Shown: one piece after another, positions 9,125 through 20,573 of the stretch
Numbering within the stretch: position 1 is the first letter of the stretch
Layout of the letters: every line of letters starts with the position of its first letter
DNA from: Actinomycetota bacterium
Lineage (GTDB): Bacteria > Actinomycetota > Actinomycetes > S36-B12
Assembly (NCBI GenBank): GCA_016870515.1
Contig: VGBL01000002.1
Span: 133,506-197,505, forward strand
Length of the DNA stretch: 64,000 bases
Direction: 5' to 3'
The notes under the pieces: model-generated
Seen by the model: the letters and a program-made list of their open reading frames with translations, nothing else
What the model was told of the DNA's origin: nothing
Databases searched by the model: none
Program-made: the position numbers and the translations under genes

Positions 9125-11782
9125 TCAGACCAGGGAGCGCAGGACGTACTGCAGGATGCCCCCGTGTCGGTAGTAGTCCGCTTCGCCGGGGGTGTCGATG
9201 CGCACGAGGGGATCGAATTCGACCATGCTCCCGTCCTGCCGGGTCGCGACAACCCGCACGGCCGACGGGATGCGACCATCGTTGAGCTCGGTGATCCCAC
9301 TGATGTCGAATCGCTCGCGACCCGTCAGGCCCAGGGAGGCCGCCGAGACACCAGCTGGGAACTGCAGCGGCAGGACCCCCATGCCGATGAGATTTGATCG
9401 GTGAATGCGCTCGTAGGACTCCGCGATGACCGCGCCCACGCCGAGGAGCGCGGTGCCCTTGGCTGCCCAGTCACGCGACGAGCCTGAGCCGTATTCGGCG
9501 CCCGCAATGATCACGAGCGGGGTGTCCGCCTCCGCGTAGGCAACGGCCGCGTCGTAGATGGGCACCACCGGGGCATCGGGCTGCGTGAGGTCCAGGGTGA
9601 AGCCACCCTCGACGCCATCGAGCATGAGGTTGCGCAATCGAATGTTGGCGAAGGTTCCCCGAATCATCACCTCGTGGTTGCCCCGTCGGGACCCGTAGGA
9701 GTTGAAGTCCTGCCGGGCGACGCCATGCTCTGCAAGATAGCGACCCGCGGGGCTCTCGGCCTTGATGGATCCCGCGGGCGAGATGTGATCGGTCGTCACC
9801 GAATCTCCGAGGACGGCGAGCACGCGCGCGCCAGAGATATCGGTGACGGGTTGCGGCGATCGCGGCATGCCGTCGAAGTACGGGGGCTTGCGCACGTAGG
9901 TCGACGACGGATCCCAGGCGAATGTCTCACCCGAGGGGGTGTCAAGCGCCTGCCAGCGAGCGTCGCCAGCAAAGACGTCGGCGTAGCGCGAGGCGTACAT
10001 CTCCTCGTCGATGGCTAAACTCACGACTGCCTCGACCTCATCGGCGCTGGGCCAGATGTCACGCAGGTAGACAGGCTGTCCATCGGGCGTCGTTGCGAGC
10101 GGGTCACGCAGTATGTCGATGTCCATGGTGCCCGCGATTGCGTAGGCCACAACGAGCGGCGGTGACGCCAGGTAGTTCATCTTGACGTCGGGATTGATCC
10201 GGCCCTCGAAATTGCGGTTGCCGGACAGGACGGAGACCGCGGCCAGGCCTGAGTCATTGACGGCAGCGCTGACCTCGTCGGGCAGGGGGCCGGAGTTGCC
10301 GATGCACGTGGTGCAGCCGTATCCCACGAGGTCGAATCCGAGTTTGTCGAGGTACGGGGTCAGGCCAGCGCGGTCGTAGTAGTCCGTGACCACTTGGGAA
10401 CCGGGCGCCAGGGTTGTCTTGACCCATGGCTTGCGGACGAGCCCCAACTCCGCCGCCTTCTTCGCCACGAGTGCCGCCGCGACCATCACCGAGGGGTTCG
10501 ATGTGTTGGTGCACGAGGTGATAGCCGCGATCACCACCGCACCGTTGTCTATCGTTGCCGTTGTCCCATCACTGAAGGCAACCTCCGCGGGCCGGGGACC
10601 GGGCGCGTAGGCCGGCAGCACCTCTCGAAAGGCCTCGCGCGCTCGGCTCACGTCGACGCGATCCTGGGGACGCTTAGGCCCGGCGATCGACGGAACCACG
10701 GTTGCCAGATCCAGTTCGAGATGTTCGCTGAAGCGGGCTTCGCGCGTGGGGTCAAGCCACAGCCCCTGAGCCTTTGCGTAGGCCTCCACGAGCTCGACCT
10801 GCTCGGCACTGCGGCCGGTCAGTCGCAGATATTCGATGGTCGCATCGTCGATGGGGAAGATCGCCACCGTCGACCCGTATTCGGGACTCATGTTGCCGAT
10901 CGTCGCGCGATTGGCCAGCGGCACGGCTGAGACACCCTGCCCATAGAACTCGACGAACTTGCCGACGACGCCGTGCTTTCGCAGCATCTGCGTGATGACC
11001 AGGACGAGGTCCGTCGCCGTGGTGCCCTCAGGCAGGGAACCCGTGAGCTTGAAGCCCACGACCCGGGGTATGAGCATGGATACGGGCTGGCCCAGCATGG
11101 CGGCCTCCGCCTCGATGCCCCCCACTCCCCAGCCGAGCACACCGAGTCCGTTGACCATGGTCGTGTGGGAATCGGTACCGACGACCGTGTCGGGGTAGGC
11201 CTGCCCACCGCGAGCCATGATCACCCGGGCCAGGTATTCGATATTGACCTGGTGGACGATGCCCGTGCCAGGAGGCACGACCTTGAATTCCTCGAAGGCA
11301 CCCTGACCCCATCGCAGGAACTGGTAGCGCTCTCGATTGCGGTCATATTCGAGGGCGACGTTGAGGTCGGCGGCATCCGGTCGAGCGAAGAAGTCGGCGA
11401 TGACGCTGTGGTCGATCACGAGCTCGGCCGGGGCGAGGGGCTCGATGCGCGAGGGGTCGCCGTCCAGGTCGATCACAGCTTCGCGCATGGTAGCCAGATC
11501 CACCACGACGGGCACGCCGGTGAAATCTTGCATGACTACGCGCGCGGGCGTGAATTGAATCTCCTCACTGGGCGCCGCGTCGGCATCCCATTCCCCTAGC
11601 GCCAGGATCTGATGCTTGGTGACGTTGGCACCATCCTCGGTGCGCAGGAGATTCTCCAGTAGGATGCGATGGGTGAAGGGCAGCGTCTGCGCGCCTGGAA
11701 CCGCGTCGATGCGGAAGATGTCATAATCTCGACTGCCCACCCGAAGCGTGGCGCGTGCCCCCATCGAGTCCAGGCTCGTCAT
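9125..11782 (-). CDS. acnA: Aconitate hydratase
   Basis: 885 aa. [38 protein letters not shown] and [10 protein letters not shown] Fe-S ligand motifs. Confidence 0.97.
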   Translation of the reverse strand: MTSLDSMGARATLRVGSRDYDIFRIDAVPGAQTLPFTHRILLENLLRTEDGANVTKHQILALGEWDADAAPSEEIQFTPARVVMQDFTGVPVVVDLATMREAVIDLDGDPSRIEPLAPAELVIDHSVIADFFARPDAADLNVALEYDRNRERYQFLRWGQGAFEEFKVVPPGTGIVHQVNIEYLARVIMARGGQAYPDTVVGTDSHTTMVNGLGVLGWGVGGIEAEAAMLGQPVSMLIPRVVGFKLTGSLPEGTTATDLVLVITQMLRKHGVVGKFVEFYGQGVSAVPLANRATIGNMSPEYGSTVAIFPIDDATIEYLRLTGRSAEQVELVEAYAKAQGLWLDPTREARFSEHLELDLATVVPSIAGPKRPQDRVDVSRAREAFREVLPAYAPGPRPAEVAFSDGTTATIDNGAVVIAAITSCTNTSNPSVMVAAALVAKKAAELGLVRKPWVKTTLAPGSQVVTDYYDRAGLTPYLDKLGFDLVGYGCTTCIGNSGPLPDEVSAAVNDSGLAAVSVLSGNRNFEGRINPDVKMNYLASPPLVVAYAIAGTMDIDILRDPLATTPDGQPVYLRDIWPSADEVEAVVSLAIDEEMYASRYADVFAGDARWQALDTPSGETFAWDPSSTYVRKPPYFDGMPRSPQPVTDISGARVLAVLGDSVTTDHISPAGSIKAESPAGRYLAEHGVARQDFNSYGSRRGNHEVMIRGTFANIRLRNLMLDGVEGGFTLDLTQPDAPVVPIYDAAVAYAEADTPLVIIAGAEYGSGSSRDWAAKGTALLGVGAVIAESYERIHRSNLIGMGVLPLQFPAGVSAASLGLTGRERFDISGITELNDGRIPSAVRVVATRQDGSMVEFDPLVRIDTPGEADYYRHGGILQYVLRSLV

Positions 11783-11883
11783 CGGACAGCCTCCGCTCCA
11801 AATGTCTCGACGTCAAGATATCACATATCGCAAGCACCTCCCGTGCTACGTTCCCAGGACCCAGCGAGAGGACGGCAGGCGGC

Positions 11884-13779
11884 ATGTGCGGAATCGCCGG
11901 CGTCCTCGGCACCCGTGCCCAAACGAGTCAACTCATCGGGCCCATGCTCGAGGTCATCAGGCACCGGGGCCCGGACGACTCCGGTGACTACGTCGGCGAG
12001 GACTTCGCCTTCGGCATGACCCGCCTGTCGATCATCGACCTCGCCGGTGGGCACCAGCCCATGTGGAACGACGATGGCTCCATCGGCATCGTCTACAACG
12101 GCGAGCTGTACAACTTCCGCGAGATCAACACCCGTCTTGCCGAGCAGGGCCAGGACTTCCGCACCAACAGCGACACCGAAACCATCATCCGCCTGTACGA
12201 GCGCGTGGGTCGCGAGTCGCTCACCGACATGATGCGCCAACTGCGCGGCATGTTCGCATTCGCCATCTTTGATCGCGACCACAATCAGCTCATCCTCGGG
12301 CGCGACCACTTCGGAATCAAGCCGCTGTACTACCGCGTCGAGTCCCAGGATCCTGCGCGCGTCCTGAGCTTCGGCTCGGAGATCAAGAGCCTGCTGACCG
12401 ACCAACAGTGCCCGCGCGAGGTCAATTTCGACGCAATCGCAAACTATCTGCGCTTCCAGTACAACCCCCTGGATGAGACGTTCTTCCGCGGAGTCTTCCG
12501 CTTTCCACCGGGCAACTACGGCGTCCTCGACCTCAGCACCCGCCGCATAGACATCAAGCCTTACTGGACCTACATCTTCGATGGCGAGGGGGTAGATGAC
12601 GAGGCCGCGCTGGTTGCTCAGGTTCGCGAGGTCCTCGAGGATTCGGTCGAACATCACCTCATTGCCGACGTCCCGGTGGGCGCCTTCCTCAGCGGCGGGA
12701 TCGACAGCGCGATCACGGTGACCCTCGTGCAGGAACGCCGTCGCGCACTCGGGCTGGACCCCGTGAAGACCTTCACCGTCGGGTTCGATCAGGTCAGCGA
12801 GCACCGCGAAGCACGTGAGGTTGCTGACCGACTCGCGACCGATCACCAAGAGGTGCACGTCTCCCTCGATCAATACCTCGACGTGCTCCCCCGCATCGCG
12901 TGGTACTTCGACGAGCCCGTCGCGGACCCCTCGGCCGTTGCCCTCTACTTCGTCGCGCAGGCCGCCCGCGAGCACGTCACCGTGGTGCTCTCCGGCGAGG
13001 GCGCCGACGAGCTCTTCGGCGGCTATCGCATCTATCGCGAGCCCATCGACCTCGACCGCGTTCGCTCGCTGCCCAAGCCGCTGAGGTCATTGGCGGCGTG
13101 GGCCTCTGGCCTCAAGCGAGACTTCCCAGGGCGCAACTACCTGCGTCGAGCAGCCACCGCTTTCAATGACCGCTACATCGGAAATGCGAGCATCTTCCGT
13201 CCCGACGAGGTACGACGCCTGATGCGCGTGCCGATCGACGATTCGACGCAGGTCGTCCCCGGACGCGAGCTTGCCGCCATCTACCCCGGATTCGACGACC
13301 TGCCGGAGTCGCGCCGTATGCAACTCGTCGATATGCACTACTGGTTGCGCGGCGACATCCTCGCGAAGGCCGACCGCATGACCATGGCGCACTCGCTGGA
13401 GCTGCGCGTGCCCTACCTCGACGTTGACGTCGCCGCGGTTAGTGCCCGGATTCCCGACTCCCTGAAATACCGCGACGGCACGACCAAGTGGCTCCTACGC
13501 CGCGCCTTCCGCGGTCGCGTGCCCCAGGCCACCGAGGGGCGCGACAAGCTCGGCTTCCCCACCCCCTTCAGGCACTGGCTCCGCGAGGACCCCGTCGCCG
13601 TGATGGCACCCATACGCCGAAGCGGTTTCCTTCGCGAGGTCCTGGACATGGAGGTGGTCGAGGACCTCGCAGCCGCGCACGCCGCTGGCACCGCCGACAA
13701 CTCGCGCCGCATCTTCGTGCTGCTGATGCTCGCCCTGTGGCACGAGGCCTTCTTCGTACCCGACGGCGCTGCTTCCTAG
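11884..13779 (+). CDS. asnB: Asparagine synthase (glutamine-hydrolysing)
   Basis: Ntn nucleophile start MCGIAG at 11884 (in frame with ORF 11755..13779). SGGIDS PP-loop. 631 aa. Confidence 0.93.
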   Translation: MCGIAGVLGTRAQTSQLIGPMLEVIRHRGPDDSGDYVGEDFAFGMTRLSIIDLAGGHQPMWNDDGSIGIVYNGELYNFREINTRLAEQGQDFRTNSDTETIIRLYERVGRESLTDMMRQLRGMFAFAIFDRDHNQLILGRDHFGIKPLYYRVESQDPARVLSFGSEIKSLLTDQQCPREVNFDAIANYLRFQYNPLDETFFRGVFRFPPGNYGVLDLSTRRIDIKPYWTYIFDGEGVDDEAALVAQVREVLEDSVEHHLIADVPVGAFLSGGIDSAITVTLVQERRRALGLDPVKTFTVGFDQVSEHREAREVADRLATDHQEVHVSLDQYLDVLPRIAWYFDEPVADPSAVALYFVAQAAREHVTVVLSGEGADELFGGYRIYREPIDLDRVRSLPKPLRSLAAWASGLKRDFPGRNYLRRAATAFNDRYIGNASIFRPDEVRRLMRVPIDDSTQVVPGRELAAIYPGFDDLPESRRMQLVDMHYWLRGDILAKADRMTMAHSLELRVPYLDVDVAAVSARIPDSLKYRDGTTKWLLRRAFRGRVPQATEGRDKLGFPTPFRHWLREDPVAVMAPIRRSGFLREVLDMEVVEDLAAAHAAGTADNSRRIFVLLMLALWHEAFFVPDGAAS

Positions 13780-15749
13780 ACGTCTTCCCGGTCTGCGGCT
13801 CGGTCCGACGAGGCTAACTGCCAGGGCACGCTGACGACCATGATTCCGGGCGTGAAGAGCAGTCGGGTCTTCAAGCGCAGTGCCGACTGGTTGTGCAGCA
13901 GCTGCTCCCACCAGTGGCCCACGACGTATTCGGGGACGTAGACCGTCACCAGATCGCGCGGGCTGTCTTTGCGCAATCCCTTCACGTAGTCGAGGATCGG
14001 GCGGGTGATCTCGCGGTACGGCGAATCCAGGATGCGCAAGGTCACCGGTATCTCGCGGCGCTCCCAGTCACGCTGGAGGGCTTGGGTGTCCTCGCGATCG
14101 ACGTTGACGGTGATGGCCTCAAGGGTGTCGTGCCGCGTTGCCCGTGCGTACGCGAGCGCACGGAGCGTCGGCTTGTGCAGCTTCGAAACCAGGACGATTC
14201 CGTGCACGCGGGACGGGAGCGTGACGCTCTCCGTATCGCCGACGATGAGCTCTTCGCGTACGCGTTCGTAGTGCCGATGAATCGCCTGCATGAAGACGAA
14301 GATGACGGGTATCGCTACGGCAACGATCCAGGCACCCTGCAGGAACTTCGTGGCCAGGACGGTGATGAGCACCGCGCCTGTCATCACGAATCCGACTCCA
14401 TTGACGACCCGGGAGCGCTTCATCTGCCGGCGCTCAGTCGGGTCCGCCACGGCCCGAAGCTCCCGACTCCAGTGCCGCAGCATCCCAACCTGGCTCAGGG
14501 TGAACGAGACGAACACGCCGACGATGTAGAGCTGGATGAGAGACGACACGTCGGCCTGGAAGACGACGACGAGGATGACGGCGAAGATGGCCAGGGCGAC
14601 AATGCCGTTGCTGTATGACAGGCGATCGCCTCTCGTGTGCAACTGCCGCGGCAGGTAGCCATCGCGCGCGAGGATGGACCCGAGCACCGGGAATCCGTTG
14701 TAGGCAGTGTTCGCGGCCAGCGCGAGGATGAGAGCCGTGGCGAGTGAGATTACTATGACGGCCAGGTCAAGGGAGCCGAAGACCGCCTGCGCCACCTGGA
14801 CGATCACGGTCTTTTGGTCCTGGCCCGCGGGCAGCCCAATGAGATCGGCATCCTCATTGGTGACCTTGACGCCGGTCTTCACTGCCAGCCACGTGATGGC
14901 GGCAAACATGCTCATGGAGATCAGGCCGAGCAGAAGCAGGGTGGTGGCAGCGTTCTTGGACTTGGGCTTGCGAAACGCCGGCACGCCGTTGGCAATGGCT
15001 TCAATACCGGTCAGGGCCGTCGTGCCCGAGGAGAAGGCACGCGCGACCAGGAAGACGAGGGCGAATCCCGCGAAGGCGTCGACAGGGACGATCTCCCAGT
15101 TGGCACTCTCGGCCTGCAGCTGTGCTCCGCCCGCCATGCGAACGATGGCTGTCACGACCATCGACACGATGGCCAGTATGAACGCGTATGTCGGAATGGC
15201 GAAGACGAGGCCGGACTCGCGAATCCCACGGAGATTGACCACGGTGATGAGGGCCACGAAGCCCGCGGCCCACCAGGGCGCGTGATCGTTGATCAGGGGA
15301 AAGACCGAGCCTAGGTTGGCCACGGCCGACGAGATGGACACCGCGACAGTGAGGGTGTAGTCGACGAGGAGCGCACTGGCTACGAGGATCCCCCAGCGAG
15401 GCCCGAGATTGGCTGAGACCACCTCGTAGTCGCCGCCGCCGCCGGGATAGGCCCGCACGTTCTGGCGATAGGAGGCAATCACGACGAAGAACATCACGAT
15501 CACCGCGCCGGCGACCCACGGGCCGAAGGCATAGAGGCTGAATCCACCTAGCGCCAGAACGACCAGGATCTCCTGGGTGGCGTAAGCGTTGGAGGAGAGG
15601 GCATCGCTGGCGAATACCGGAAGCGCAATGCGCCTGGGGAGCAACGTGCTCTCGAGCCGATCGCTGCGCAGGGCCCGACCGACGAAGAACCGCTTGACGG
15701 TGTCCACCACAGGCACGTCGGGCAATGCTACGGCTCCGGCACCCGACAC
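13776..15749 (-). CDS. APC family permease with C-terminal cytoplasmic domain
   Basis: 657 aa, about 12 TM segments, RIALPVFASDALSSNAYATQEI N-terminal signature. Conserved partner of the trkA pair in actinobacteria. Stop overlaps the asnB stop (CTAG). Confidence 0.85.
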   Translation of the reverse strand: MSGAGAVALPDVPVVDTVKRFFVGRALRSDRLESTLLPRRIALPVFASDALSSNAYATQEILVVLALGGFSLYAFGPWVAGAVIVMFFVVIASYRQNVRAYPGGGGDYEVVSANLGPRWGILVASALLVDYTLTVAVSISSAVANLGSVFPLINDHAPWWAAGFVALITVVNLRGIRESGLVFAIPTYAFILAIVSMVVTAIVRMAGGAQLQAESANWEIVPVDAFAGFALVFLVARAFSSGTTALTGIEAIANGVPAFRKPKSKNAATTLLLLGLISMSMFAAITWLAVKTGVKVTNEDADLIGLPAGQDQKTVIVQVAQAVFGSLDLAVIVISLATALILALAANTAYNGFPVLGSILARDGYLPRQLHTRGDRLSYSNGIVALAIFAVILVVVFQADVSSLIQLYIVGVFVSFTLSQVGMLRHWSRELRAVADPTERRQMKRSRVVNGVGFVMTGAVLITVLATKFLQGAWIVAVAIPVIFVFMQAIHRHYERVREELIVGDTESVTLPSRVHGIVLVSKLHKPTLRALAYARATRHDTLEAITVNVDREDTQALQRDWERREIPVTLRILDSPYREITRPILDYVKGLRKDSPRDLVTVYVPEYVVGHWWEQLLHNQSALRLKTRLLFTPGIMVVSVPWQLASSDRAADREDV

Positions 15750-15798
15750 CCACGTACCGACCCGTCGCCAGGGGCGCCCGGGCGTGTAGCGTCCAGCC

Positions 15799-16479
15799 GT
15801 GCATTTGGTGATTCTTGGGTGCGGCCGGGTCGGCTCCCTGCTCGCGCATCGCCTCGATGAGGCCGGCCACTCCGTGGCCGTGGTCGATCAAGATCCGGGC
15901 GCCTTTCGGCGTCTCGGCGTCGGATTCGGCGGCGCCACGATCAAGGGCATCGGCTTCGATCGCGAGACCCTCGAACGCGCAGGCATCCAGAAGGCGCATG
16001 GCTTCGCCGCGGTGAGCAGCGGTGACAACACCAACATCATAGCCGCGCGCGTGGCTCGCGAGACCTACGGAGTCGAGCACGTTGTCGCTCGCATCTATGA
16101 CCCGCGGCGCGCCGAGGTGTACCAGCGACTCGGCATCCCCACGGTGGCTACCGTGTCGTGGACCGCAGGGCAGATCCTGCGCGGCCTGCTCCCCCAGGGC
16201 GTGCTCGAGGAATACCGGGACCCAAGCGGCTCGGTCATCCTCAGCGAGATGGTCGTCGACGATTCGTGGTTCGGTGATCGAGTGCTCGAGATCGAGCAGC
16301 TCACCGGCGCTCGAGTCGCATTCATCACGCGCCTGGGCACCGGCCTGGTCCCGGGTCGCGACACGATGCTGCAGACTGGCGACGTCGTACATGTCCTGTG
16401 CTCCGTTGGGCAGCGTGACGAGATCGCCGATGCGCTCGGCGCCCCCCGCTCCCGGGCCGAAGAGCGAGCGCAGCCATGA
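15799..16479 (+). CDS. trkA: TrkA family potassium uptake protein
   Basis: ILGCGRVGS NAD-binding GxGxxG motif plus a TrkA_C domain, 226 aa. Confidence 0.9.
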   Translation: MHLVILGCGRVGSLLAHRLDEAGHSVAVVDQDPGAFRRLGVGFGGATIKGIGFDRETLERAGIQKAHGFAAVSSGDNTNIIAARVARETYGVEHVVARIYDPRRAEVYQRLGIPTVATVSWTAGQILRGLLPQGVLEEYRDPSGSVILSEMVVDDSWFGDRVLEIEQLTGARVAFITRLGTGLVPGRDTMLQTGDVVHVLCSVGQRDEIADALGAPRSRAEERAQP

Positions 16480-17135
16480 GGGTCGCCATCGCCGGCGCGG
16501 GCAAGGTGGGTCGGTCCATTGCGCGTGAACTCCTAGAGTTCGGGCACGAGGTTCTGCTCATTGACCGCGACCCCGAGCTCGCGCGGCCGGGGGTCGTCGA
16601 AGGTGCCGACGTGCTCCTGGCGGATGCATGCGAGCTGGCCGCCCTGGAGCACGCGGACCTGCCGCGTTGCCAGGTGGTCATCGCGGCGACGGGCGATGAC
16701 AAGGTCAATCTCGTAGTCTCGCTCCTCGCCAAGGCCGAGTTCGGCGTGCCACGCATCGTCGCGCGAGTCAACCATCCCAAGAATGAATGGATGTTCGACG
16801 AGTCGTGGGGCGTCGATGTCGCCGTCTCGACGCCTCGCATGCTGTCGGCGCTGGTCGAGGAGGCAGTGAGCGTGGGTGACCTCGTGCGCCTGTTCACCTT
16901 CCGGCAGGGTCAGGCCGAGTTGGTCGAGATCACGCTGTCGGCAGACTCGCCCGCCGTCGGCCAGCGGGTCGGATCGATGCAGTGGCCCCCGGAAACGGCA
17001 CTGGTGGCGATCGTCAGGGGCCCGCGTGTGATCGCGCCAACCGCCGACGACCCGCTGGAGTCAGGCGACGAGTTGCTTTTCGTCTGCGACCCCTCTCAGG
17101 AGCCAGCGCTGCAATCCCTCATCGGGCATCGCTAG
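16476..17135 (+). CDS. trkA: TrkA family potassium uptake protein (second paralogue)
   Basis: IAGAGKVGRS GxGxxG motif plus TrkA_C. Start overlaps the upstream stop. Confidence 0.9.
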   Translation: MRVAIAGAGKVGRSIARELLEFGHEVLLIDRDPELARPGVVEGADVLLADACELAALEHADLPRCQVVIAATGDDKVNLVVSLLAKAEFGVPRIVARVNHPKNEWMFDESWGVDVAVSTPRMLSALVEEAVSVGDLVRLFTFRQGQAELVEITLSADSPAVGQRVGSMQWPPETALVAIVRGPRVIAPTADDPLESGDELLFVCDPSQEPALQSLIGHR

Positions 17136-17829
17136 CGCCGCTGCCCTCGGCCCGCCGGGCGGCGAATGTCGGTCGCAGTACGAGGTAGGTGAAGTAGCCT
17201 GCCGCGATGAATAGCGGCACCCCCATCACGACCTTGGCTACGCCTAGGGGGCCGACCCATCCCGCGAGGTAGAGCGGAAACTGGACGGCGATGCGGAGAG
17301 CGAAGAGGCCCACCCAGATCCATGATGCGGCCGCGTAGGCCTGGCGCAGGTCCGATTCGGCGCGCCACGACACCCCGCGACCAGTCAGGAACCCGACGAT
17401 GACCCCGACAAGGGGCCAGCCGATGACTATCGAGATCAGGAACGCCACACCGTAGGCAAGGTTCTGCAGCAACCCGGGGATGAAGTAGCCCTCGCCTGTG
17501 CCGGTGCGGGAGGCGACGAAGGCGGAGATGCCCACACCGATCAGGCCAGCGATGATCTGCTGCAGGCCCTCACGGCGAACGAGACGCCACAGGGCAATGG
17601 CGACTGCGCCGCCTATGGCAACCCACAGGGCAGTAGACAGGTTGCTGCCGGTCGCCACGTAGACGATGACGAAGAGCATGGTCGGCAGGCCCGAGTCGAT
17701 GATGCCGCGCCAGCCGCCTAGCGCCTTCGACAGCAGTACGCGCTCCTCCACGACCTCCTGGGCCGTCTCCGGGATGATGAGTGGCTCGTGCGGGCGCTCG
17801 TTGCCGGGGTCATCGGCCGACTGGGTCAT
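17119..17829 (-). CDS. DUF3159 domain-containing membrane protein
   Basis: 236 aa, GWRGIIDSGLPTMLFVIVY signature, multiple TM segments. Conserved next to the OB-fold gene. Confidence 0.8.
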   Translation of the reverse strand: MTQSADDPGNERPHEPLIIPETAQEVVEERVLLSKALGGWRGIIDSGLPTMLFVIVYVATGSNLSTALWVAIGGAVAIALWRLVRREGLQQIIAGLIGVGISAFVASRTGTGEGYFIPGLLQNLAYGVAFLISIVIGWPLVGVIVGFLTGRGVSWRAESDLRQAYAAASWIWVGLFALRIAVQFPLYLAGWVGPLGVAKVVMGVPLFIAAGYFTYLVLRPTFAARRAEGSGASDAR

Positions 17830-18188
17830 TCAGCACCCACGGGACGCAGCTCGTAGTCGGGGTTGAAGATGATCGGGTGATTGCGCGGGCAGGTGACCCG
17901 ACCCCGGGCCTCGATCATCCGCCCCACCTCGACCCCGGCAAGACTGCGGCGCCCGAGCCACACGAGGGTGAGGTGGCCGGTGCCGTCGAAGACCTCGGCC
18001 TCGAAGGTCGGCTGCCGCTCCTTGGGTCGAAGCGTGACGGAACGAACGGTGCCACAGACACGCACGTACCGCCCACGCTCGCACGACGCGATGGACTCCG
18101 CGCCGCGCTCGTGGACCTGATCTGCCAGTTGATCGGCCTCGACCTGCTCCTGCGAACGCAGCAGGCCGTCGAGCCATCCCATGACCAC
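17826..18188 (-). CDS. OB-fold nucleic-acid-binding domain protein
   Basis: 120 aa. VRVCGTVRSVTLRP...FEAEVFDGTGHLTLVWLGRR typical of the actinobacterial OB-fold protein downstream of DUF3710. Confidence 0.75.
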   Translation of the reverse strand: MVMGWLDGLLRSQEQVEADQLADQVHERGAESIASCERGRYVRVCGTVRSVTLRPKERQPTFEAEVFDGTGHLTLVWLGRRSLAGVEVGRMIEARGRVTCPRNHPIIFNPDYELRPVGAE

Positions 18189-18241
18189 TCCTTGTCTGTG
18201 CGCGAAAGCGCGACCTCCAGACTACCCGCGCCGACGGACCC

Positions 18242-18883
18242 TCACGTGTCGGCGCGCGTTGCCTGAGCGCTATCGGGCAGTCGCAGGGGCAGCGCCTCAC
18301 CCGGCGCCATGGCTGATTCCCCTCGTACGACGACGATGTCGCGGAAGGCGCTCTCCAGGGCGGGTCCGCCCCCGGCGGTGGCCGCTGACCCCAGGAACAG
18401 CCCGCGCAGGAACCAGCGCGGACCGTCAACGCCCACGAACCTGGCGGGCTGGAGTTGCCCTCCAGCCCCGGGCACCTTGGCCCGAAGCTCGACACCGAAT
18501 TCGCCGTCAGCCTCTTCGACGAGGCCCCCGGACGCGTTGATGGACGCCATCAACTGGGCCCGGACATCGCGCCAGATGCCGTTTGACCTGGGGGCTGCGA
18601 AGGCCTGCACCTGAACCGCCCCGTCCGCGGCGTTGAGGGTCACGAGGGAGACGGCACCGCCCTGCTCGTTCATCTGCACCTGCATCTGCAGTCCGTCGGC
18701 GCCCCTGATGCGTAGCCCACCGAGATCGAGTCGTCCGTCATCGACCTCTACCTCCGCGCCATCCCAGGGGCCCTGCGGGCGGGGACTCAGACCGGAAGCG
18801 TCGCCATCCTGCGTGGTCGAAGGGTCAGCCGTAGCCTTATCGGTCCCTGACTGCTCCTCGCGCTCACGTCGACGCTTGATCAT
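18242..18883 (-). CDS. DUF3710 domain-containing protein
   Basis: GPWDGAEV...LDLGGLRI...[10 protein letters not shown]...[14 protein letters not shown]. Chosen start is MIKRRRE (ATG 18883, 20-nt overlap with dut). The ORF is open to 18976. Confidence 0.8.
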   Translation of the reverse strand: MIKRRREREEQSGTDKATADPSTTQDGDASGLSPRPQGPWDGAEVEVDDGRLDLGGLRIRGADGLQMQVQMNEQGGAVSLVTLNAADGAVQVQAFAAPRSNGIWRDVRAQLMASINASGGLVEEADGEFGVELRAKVPGAGGQLQPARFVGVDGPRWFLRGLFLGSAATAGGGPALESAFRDIVVVRGESAMAPGEALPLRLPDSAQATRADT

Positions 18884-19370
18884 CTGGCCTCCCGGTCTGC
18901 GGACCAACCACGGTAGCCCCGAAGCCCCCCGTCGAACCGAACCCGCCCTCCCCCCGCTGAGATCCCGGGAGGGCATCGGCCTCGTGAATCACGGCGGTCG
19001 CCACGGGCTGGATCACCAATTGGGCGATGCGGTCGCCTCGACGCAAGGTCACCTCATTGATGGCGTCGTGATTGATAAGGCACACCTGCACCTCGCCGCG
19101 ATAGCCGGCGTCGATGGTGCCCGGGGTGTTGACGATCGACAGGCCGTGTCGCACGGCCAGTCCGCTGCGCGGGTGGACGAACCCCGCGTAACCCGCGGGA
19201 ATGGCAACCGCAATGCCGGTGGGCACCAGTGCTCGCTCCCCCGGTTGCAAGGTCACATCGATTCGCGAGCGCAGGTCGAGGCCCGCATCGCCCGGGTGCT
19301 CATAGCGCGGGAGGTCAAGGCCTGAATCCAGCCGCTGGACAAGGATGTCGACGCGAAGTGGGGGCGTCAT
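18864..19370 (-). CDS. dut: dUTP diphosphatase
   Basis: [23 protein letters not shown] and [12 protein letters not shown] motifs. ATG 19370 overlaps the upstream stop (ATGA). Confidence 0.93.
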   Translation of the reverse strand: MTPPLRVDILVQRLDSGLDLPRYEHPGDAGLDLRSRIDVTLQPGERALVPTGIAVAIPAGYAGFVHPRSGLAVRHGLSIVNTPGTIDAGYRGEVQVCLINHDAINEVTLRRGDRIAQLVIQPVATAVIHEADALPGSQRGEGGFGSTGGFGATVVGPQTGRPDDQAST

Positions 19371-19975
19371 GGGTTTACCTCCCCCTCCCACGTAACCCCA
19401 CTGCGGCGCCGCTCCTCGATGGCCTCCTGCAGCTGCTCGGCATTGCCGTGGTCCAGGAAGTGCTCCAGACCTACCTGCAGGAAGAGCGCGGCAGCCTCCA
19501 CGGCAATCGGGCCGTCGGGTGCATCAAGGTGCCCTAGCGCCTCGGTGTAGACCTTGCGGCCCCGCTGACCGGTAATCCGCGACGCGATGTGCAGTGTCGT
19601 CCCCACGGGGACGGGACGGCGGTAGTCGACCTCCAGTCTCACGGTGACGACGGGCACCCGGAGGAGACGGGTCACCACCCCCATGGCCTCATCCATCGCC
19701 GTGGCTATCACTCCCCCGTGAGCGAGACCGGGAGCACCCTGGTGGGCTTGCGTGATCTCTACGACGGTCGCGACATCCATGCCGTCACCTGCGATCGCCC
19801 GCTGATGCAGCCCGGCCGGGTGATCGGTGCCGCATCCGAAGCAGTGGCGGTAGTGGCTGACGAGCATCTCGCCGGGGGCCGGAGCTTCCGGCGCGCGCGC
19901 AGGCACCTGCGCATGATCCGGCGGCTGGGTCCCCCGAGCGGGGCGGGCTGAGCGCCGCGATGGTTCCTCGATCAC
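19367..19975 (-). CDS. PaaI family (hotdog) thioesterase
   Basis: CFGCG followed by [20 protein letters not shown] hotdog motif. The start may be the internal MLVSHY (19867), because 19975 overlaps the divergent DUF3093 gene. Confidence 0.75.
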   Translation of the reverse strand: MIEEPSRRSARPARGTQPPDHAQVPARAPEAPAPGEMLVSHYRHCFGCGTDHPAGLHQRAIAGDGMDVATVVEITQAHQGAPGLAHGGVIATAMDEAMGVVTRLLRVPVVTVRLEVDYRRPVPVGTTLHIASRITGQRGRKVYTEALGHLDAPDGPIAVEAAALFLQVGLEHFLDHGNAEQLQEAIEERRRSGVTWEGEVNP

Positions 19976-20547
19976 CCATCGACCCTACCCGCGCGGCGAG
20001 GTGCTCGGTCGCCTGCGACGCTGGGGGCGTGCGCGAGGACGAGGCCGACCCCTTCACCGAGGGGCGTGACGGGACGGCCGTCCGCTACACCGAGCGCCTC
20101 TGGGCACCGCTCTGGCTCTGGCTGCTCGTGGCCGGCCTCGTCGGCCTGCTGGCCGTCGCCTACGGGGCGGCGTACGGCGTCGTTGTCGGTGCAGTCGGCA
20201 TGGTGGCCGGCACACTCCTGTGCTGGATCGGCCTTGTCGCCTGGAGCCCACTGGTGCGCGTTGACGACCGGGTGCTGCGCGCCGGTCGAGCGCGCCTTCC
20301 ACTGAAGTACACGGGCGAACCCGAACTGCTGAGCGGCGAAGTCATGCGCAATGCCCTGCGCAACGGCGACGCGCGCACCTTCGTGCTGAGGCGCCCCTGG
20401 ACCAGCCGCGGCGGCATCTGCGTGGCGGTCACCGACGACGATGACCCTCACCCGAGGTGGCTCGTCGCCTCGCGTCGCCCGCAGCGCCTCGCCGACGCTG
20501 TTCGGGCAGCCCGGGGACAGCTCGGCCACGCGGATCCGGCAGAGTAG
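19960..20547 (+). CDS. DUF3093 domain-containing membrane protein
   Basis: Two N-terminal TM helices (LWAPLWLWLLVAGLVG), then LRAGRARLP...RRPW pattern. Start uncertain. Confidence 0.7.
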   Translation: MVPRSPIDPTRAARCSVACDAGGVREDEADPFTEGRDGTAVRYTERLWAPLWLWLLVAGLVGLLAVAYGAAYGVVVGAVGMVAGTLLCWIGLVAWSPLVRVDDRVLRAGRARLPLKYTGEPELLSGEVMRNALRNGDARTFVLRRPWTSRGGICVAVTDDDDPHPRWLVASRRPQRLADAVRAARGQLGHADPAE

Positions 20548-20573
20548 GCTCTCAGGCTGGCGAAGGGGCGACC

